Made by a program: the position numbers and the translations under genes. From Arsenophonus sp. (lineage in GTDB: Bacteria > Pseudomonadota > Gammaproteobacteria > Enterobacterales > Enterobacteriaceae), in the NCBI GenBank assembly GCA_046530935.1, contig JBHEQW010000003.1, positions 107 through 64,106 of the forward strand: a DNA stretch of 64,000 bases. The letters are read 5' to 3'. How positions within the stretch are numbered: the stretch's first letter is position 1; the number at the start of each line of letters is the position of its first letter. A model generated the notes under the pieces. It did no database searches and was not told the DNA's origin. It saw only the letters and a program-made list of their open reading frames with translations. This document shows, piece after piece, positions 58,859 to 64,000 of the stretch.

Positions 58859-59815
58859 ATGCATTCTGTTGGTACTCCATTATTATGGGCAATTTTTACT
58901 ATTGTTATTGCGGTTATGTTACTTATTGATATTTTTTTACATGGCAAGCATTTCGGAAAAGAAATAACAGTAAGACAGGCTCTCATATGGACTTTAATTT
59001 GGATTGCTTTGGCATTATTGTTTGCCTTAGGCTTATGGTTTTATTTTAAACAGACAAGTTGCCTGACGATTGCTAACCGGCAAGTAATGGCCTTTTTAAC
59101 CGGTTATTTAGTGGAAAAAGCGTTAGCTATTGATAATGTATTTGTTTGGTTAATCTTATTTAATTATTTTTTAATTCCAGCTAATTTACAGCGCCTAGTT
59201 ATTATCTATGGTGTGTTTGGTGCGCTAGTATTACGTACTATCATGATCTTTACAGGTAGTTGGTTAGTCTTACAATTTTACTGGATTTTGTATCTTTTTG
59301 GCATTTTTTTAGTATTTACAGGTATTAAAATGTTCTTTTTTAAAGAAAATGATCAATCGATTGATAAAAAACCACTCGTGAAGTGGGTTGCTTCTCATTT
59401 GCGCATGAAAAATACTTTATATGGTGATCGTTTTTTTATTCGTCAACAAGGAATTTTATTTTCTACTCCATTGATTATAGTATTAATTTTAGTTGAGATT
59501 AGTGATATTATTTTTGCTGTAGATAGCATTCCTGCTATTTTTGCAGTAACAACGGATCCTTTCATTGTACTGACATCAAATCTATTTGCAATTTTAGGGT
59601 TGCGGGCGATGTATTTTGTTTTATCAGGTATTGTTGAAAAATTCTCTATCCTAAAGCATGGACTATCTATTATTTTAATTTTTATTGGTATAAAAATGTT
59701 ATTAATGGATGTTTTTTATATTTCAACCGCTATGACGCTAAGTATTATTGCTGGGATTTTAATCTTAACGATCTTGATTAATTATATTGTTAATAAATGC
59801 AAAAAACATATTTAA
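58859..59815 (+). CDS. alx: TerC-family membrane protein Alx (YgjT)
   Basis: MHSVGTPLLW parallels E. coli MNTVGTPLLW, so the ATG at 58859 is preferred to the track GTG at 58823. FLTGYL.EK.LA.DNVFVWL.LF.YF..PA.LQR, LRTIMIFTGSWL, SD.IFAVDSIPAIFAVTTDPFIVLTSNLFAILGLRAMYF and L.FIGIKML are conserved. Confidence 0.93.
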   Translation: MHSVGTPLLWAIFTIVIAVMLLIDIFLHGKHFGKEITVRQALIWTLIWIALALLFALGLWFYFKQTSCLTIANRQVMAFLTGYLVEKALAIDNVFVWLILFNYFLIPANLQRLVIIYGVFGALVLRTIMIFTGSWLVLQFYWILYLFGIFLVFTGIKMFFFKENDQSIDKKPLVKWVASHLRMKNTLYGDRFFIRQQGILFSTPLIIVLILVEISDIIFAVDSIPAIFAVTTDPFIVLTSNLFAILGLRAMYFVLSGIVEKFSILKHGLSIILIFIGIKMLLMDVFYISTAMTLSIIAGILILTILINYIVNKCKKHI

Positions 59816-59907
59816 TTAACCAATTAATATCTTTAAATATTAAAATATTGTAGATATTCATATTGATGAATAATAAAAAAAGTGACATGTCTATTTTCTA
59901 TATTAGT

Positions 59908-60233
59908 TGTTTGGTCCTGGAACATTATATAGGACCTTAATAGAACACTCTATTTATGTGAATAGAGCTACTGTAGCTACTTGATGGGATATAGTTGATG
60001 GAAAAATATCCTGATAATTAAGCTCCATTATCAGGCAACTACAAGATCGAAAATAAGAGCTGCTCTTCAGGCAAGCAAAGAGCATCAGCTATTTTAGCTA
60101 AGTGTTATTGGTATAGTTTTAAACTAACCTTTTATAAAGTATAAAAACGAGATAATGTTAATTATTACAGCCATATTCTCTATCATTTTCTGACGATGTT
60201 ATCGTCTGTTAGGAAAAGGAAGTCGCAGTTTTT
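59908..60233 (+). mobile_element. IS481-like 5' fragment, copy B7, interrupted by IS256 copy A10
   Basis: The left end is tgtttggtcctggaacattatatagg. The N-terminal ..QATTRSKIRAALQASKEHQLF*LSVIG.. is retained. It ends where the IS256 inner-end repeat begins. Confidence 0.55.
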
Positions 60234-61717
60234 AGTTATGCTTGTTTCTGTATATCTGGTTTCGAATATAGTGGGCTGTATCTTTACGATGATTAATTTC
60301 CTAAATGATTTCAACAATAAATAGATGACTTCCTATAAGGAAGTCTATCATAAGGGTATCCACGAAACCAGATATTACCTGCGATCTCTTGTATGAATTC
60401 ATAAGTAATGAATTCAGTTATTTGAATAGCCAGCGACGATTAAGGTGAGCTCGAAGGCCTGTTACGAAAAGATGCTGAATGCCGTCTTGTTAACTTTCGG
60501 GTACATGCTGTCGTCCATAATACGCTTATTTGCTGTAGTCCACTATACGGACTACTATCTTGTAGTGATGTTAAGATTAAACCGCCTAAGGTTATGTAGA
60601 ATGATCACATCTGCAATGGAATATGCTTCAACAGCGTCTTGTTAGTCCTATCGCTTTATCTGAAGCGTATAAAAAACCTCAAAGAATTGCTACCATGGCT
60701 GCAATCTGTTTGAGAGGTAAGTCTCCAGATGATTTTTACGCAATTCTGTGAAGAAAGGATTGCTTGGTTATGTGGTGGAGTAGTGGTGCTTCTAGCTGAA
60801 AAAGTACATGGCCTTTATACAGAGCTAGCAACAGATTGAAATAGTAATGGCTTGAAGATCAGAGGCGATATAACGATAGAATCGTATCTACGTAATTTTA
60901 AGCAAAACATATGCCATTTTTATTTTTTGTATAATGTCATATATAATTATGTCAGGCAAGATGATCTACTTTGCCTTCTGGTTTTATTATTGGCGTAACT
61001 AAGCATAAATATAAGGAGCTAGTTGTGCCAGAAGGAAGATGCTCATCGAGAGTCAGAAGCGAATTGGTCCAAATTTTAATAGCCTATGATTGCATGAATT
61101 ATAATCGTAACTTCCAAGCTTGCTACGAGAGATGATGCTATTTATTTTTTGAATGCAATGGCAAAGATATTCTCTAATACAGAGCACCAACGCTTTTGGA
61201 TATACAAAACAGCTCATCCTGTGCTAGCTTTACTCATAAAAGGCATGCAATTGAAAGTTAAGGCTTGGCTGCTGGAGGTCTATCTAGGAAAAGAGAGCCG
61301 AGATGCCGATCATAAAGCTATTAATGTTTTGTTAGCATTGTTTTTATTAAAGTATTCTGTAGTCATGAAAAAGTTAAAGAAATATCGAAAAGAATTTCTT
61401 CTATTTTACGACTTCTTGTAATACCACTCTGCATCAATAAAAATAACGAATTCAATTGAATCTTAGCTTTTGCGATAGTAAGAGCTTACGAAGCTGAGGC
61501 CCGAAGAAGTATAGTTCGAGAAAAATAATCTTTTCAATGACATTTAAGTTGCTCTCCTGTGCTTAGAAAAAGAGGACCATATCTAATAGATTTGATGGTC
61601 ATAACTCTGGTAGTAAATAATGTTCAATTTAATAATAGAGAACAGATTCATGAAGTATTAGAGTGGACTGTAGATGCATGGCCTGACACTGTCATATAGC
61701 AGATTTGCTAATAACTC
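60234..61717 (+). mobile_element. IS256-like transposase pseudogene, copy A10
   Basis: The inner end is agttatgcttgtttctgtatatctgg and the outer end ..atagcagatttgctaataactc (61717). ORFs 60445..60645 and 61149..61421 are fragments. Confidence 0.65.
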
Positions 61718-63693
61718 GTATTTCATTGAATCAGTTTATTTTTGATTAGAAATCAGGAAGCAGAGGTTAAATAAAATTTAAATATAAAAATATTTTTTAT
61801 TTTTTTTTATTAGTAGAGAACTCAATTTAGTTCTCTCTAGTAGTTCAAATTTGAAAAAGATCACAAAATGAAATATACATATACCTATGATTTATATTCA
61901 TAAAGTTATTTATATAATATATCTGCAAATACTTGTTATGATATTTATATCTTTTTAAGAGAGCATCTCTCATTACCTAAACATGGTTATCAAATTGTTC
62001 AAATTTATTGCAGATGGCAATAATGATAAAATTAAAGATCAAATAAGTATTTATGACATTAGGATGTGTAGTGCTTCAAAAGGATGTTTAGACCGTATTT
62101 GTAATGTTTTGAAGCGCATATTTAATAAATAAAAGATATAGAAAGAAATTGAGATAAACTCTGATATTTATCATCTATCTGATCCGGAATTTATACATAT
62201 TGAGTTGAAGTTTAAAACATTGGATAAGAAAGTTGTTTTCTGTTCTTATGAACATGTCACATCAAGCAACTACTATAAGATCCTATCTTAATGAATTTAT
62301 CAGGCAATTATTGACTAATTTTTTTGCTGTTTATGAACGACGTTGGGCTTGATACAAGTTTGATAATGTTGTCGCTTCTACTCATTATAAGATAAGCCTA
62401 TTAATATAGGCGTTAATTCAACAGATAATAACAATGATCATAACATTTATGAATTTTTAAAAATTATACTAATTTTGCGAATAAAAATCATGTGTAGTTT
62501 TTATATAGGCTGTCTAATTAAGATTAGAAGTATTCATAAAATTGTTGTTAAAGCCATGCAATGCATTAAACAGGCAATACAATTCGTATTATCGTGTAAA
62601 TTCCCTAAGAAAGTTTTAAAAACAATAATTAAAAATCTATCTATTATGGTTATTGGTTATGGGATTTGCGTTAATGAAAAAGGATGCTTAAATAGAGAAG
62701 CTATTTCTTCTCTAGTTAGTAACTCTGTCACTGGTTTAATTGCTTTGCTTCACACAATTAATTATCTTGATGCTTAATCAATTAAAATATTTGAGTATAT
62801 TGGTATGATGGTCTGTGGACCATGTGCAAGTGATTGGATCAAATTTTATTTTCTGGAAAACTATTATAGAAAACCATAGCCATGAAATTTGTGTTGTTCT
62901 AACATATCCTAAAACAATTGCTAAAAATATTAATTTTCATTTTAACCATGAAAAAGCGAAATTAATGGGTTAAGCATGGTCAAACAGGCAGTTAAAGGAA
63001 AATATAACTTGGATATTAAAGAAAAAATTACTTAATTTCTATCTTTCAGCAACTAACAGAAGAAATTATTTTCTTTTGTCTTATTACTTATCTTGAAAAT
63101 AATAGATAACTTATCATTTAAAGTTAGGACATGAAATTTACATGTGCTATTTTATTGGTTATTTTTCTATAAGTTCAGTAGAGATATAGAAAAACTTAAA
63201 TTTCTTGCAGAACATGCAAGTTAAATAGGTAACAATTCTAACAGATTAATTTTAAAATTACCAGTTCATAATAACATACAATAGCTCGATCTGACATTAG
63301 AAAATTTTTATCAAAAGTTAAATTTCAACATGCCAAAATTGCGTTTTTGACCATAGATCGTTTTTATTTAAGCAATAAATTGTATAACAATCAACTGATG
63401 GTGAGGAATTTGTATATACGTTATACATAATCGTATCATTGTTGACGATGATAGTATGTGTGAGTGACCCTTACTAAAGAACTATTTTATAAAATTAATA
63501 TTAAAGTTATTGCAGTGATTACTAAAAATATTTCGAAAAAATATGGAAGTTAGATGAAATTTTTTACACGCTACTTTCTTTCTGTCTGTCAGAGTGGAAA
63601 GTTGCATCTGTGATTTACTGTACATAAGATAGGAAAAATCGTTACTATTTTTAATAGTGGTAGTTTATATTCACCAAATGTAAATAAAACTAT

Positions 63694-63761
63694 TTGTTTT
63701 TCTTTGTAAGATTTTCATCCTTAAAGTTCATTAAGGATGAAAATCTTACAAAGAAAAACAA
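63694..63761. repeat. Perfect 31-bp inverted repeat with a 6-nt spacer
   Basis: ttgtttttctttgtaagattttcatccttaa (63694-63724), spacer agttca, then ttaaggatgaaaatcttacaaagaaaaacaa (63731-63761). I checked base by base that the arms are exact reverse complements. The match stops abruptly at both the outer and the inner edges. Confidence 0.95.
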
Positions 63762-64000
63762 TCAATTAGTTATTGATAATTTTACACAATAATACATTAA
63801 ATTTCTATATTTTTACATTTGAAATTAGGATTTTATTTATAAATTTAAGCACATAGAAACTAAAAGAAAATTAATGGAGAGAGTATATCTCAATACTAAA
63901 ATTAAAAGGTTGTACTATGTGCATTCTACTTGAATACTGTACATATCCTTTTCTCATCATAAGAGATAAAAGGATATGTAATTATTATTACAATTATAAA

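Noticed and set aside
1-64000. Possible CRISPR array, suggested by the many recurring sequence blocks
   Set aside because: The recurring units are 0.3-1.5 kb, diverged by 10-30%, occur in both orientations and encode transposase remnants. There are no short (24-48 bp) regularly spaced direct repeats.

Overview
Very AT-rich window (about 30% G+C by eye, not computed) that looks like a host-restricted, insect-symbiont-like Enterobacterales chromosome in mid-decay; that assignment is inference. I can support only 15 intact protein genes and one tRNA, about 13.5 kb or 21% of the window. They are ubiD-fre, rmuC-ubiE-ubiJ-ubiB, trkH, hspQ, tusE, tRNA-Ser(UGA), lpxL, agp, ycaR-kdsB, a DedA-family gene (yqjA-like) and alx. 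All align over their full length with E. coli K-12 orthologues as I recall them. About 30 kb (47%) is dead mobile DNA. It comprises 10 IS256-like copies (one split in two) plus a terminal fragment, 8 ISAs1-like copies or fragments, 7 IS481-like copies or fragments, and three degraded reverse-transcriptase (group II intron-type) remnants at two loci, many nested inside one another. About 8 kb more is recognisable frameshifted chromosomal pseudogenes in conserved synteny: tatA, tatB, tatC, rfaH, kup, a DeoR-like gene, hemG, yigZ, pepQ, a fadB 5' stub and elyC. About 12 kb is unassigned. I found no CRISPR array and no intact multi-gene candidate for a novel system, and I say so plainly. The observations most worth a second look are listed below.
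- A likely gene-conversion tract between two inverted IS256 pseudogenes.
- An identical IS481::ISAs1 nested junction at two loci.
- An IS256 copy split by a retroelement.
- A strongly C-skewed tract inside that retroelement.
- A perfect 31-bp palindrome near the window end.
- A tRNA-Ser with A73 and no encoded CCA, sitting 11 bp from an IS end.
- IS termini abutting the start codons of retained genes.
IS and pseudogene boundaries are hand-aligned and approximate (about +/-20 bp, sometimes more).
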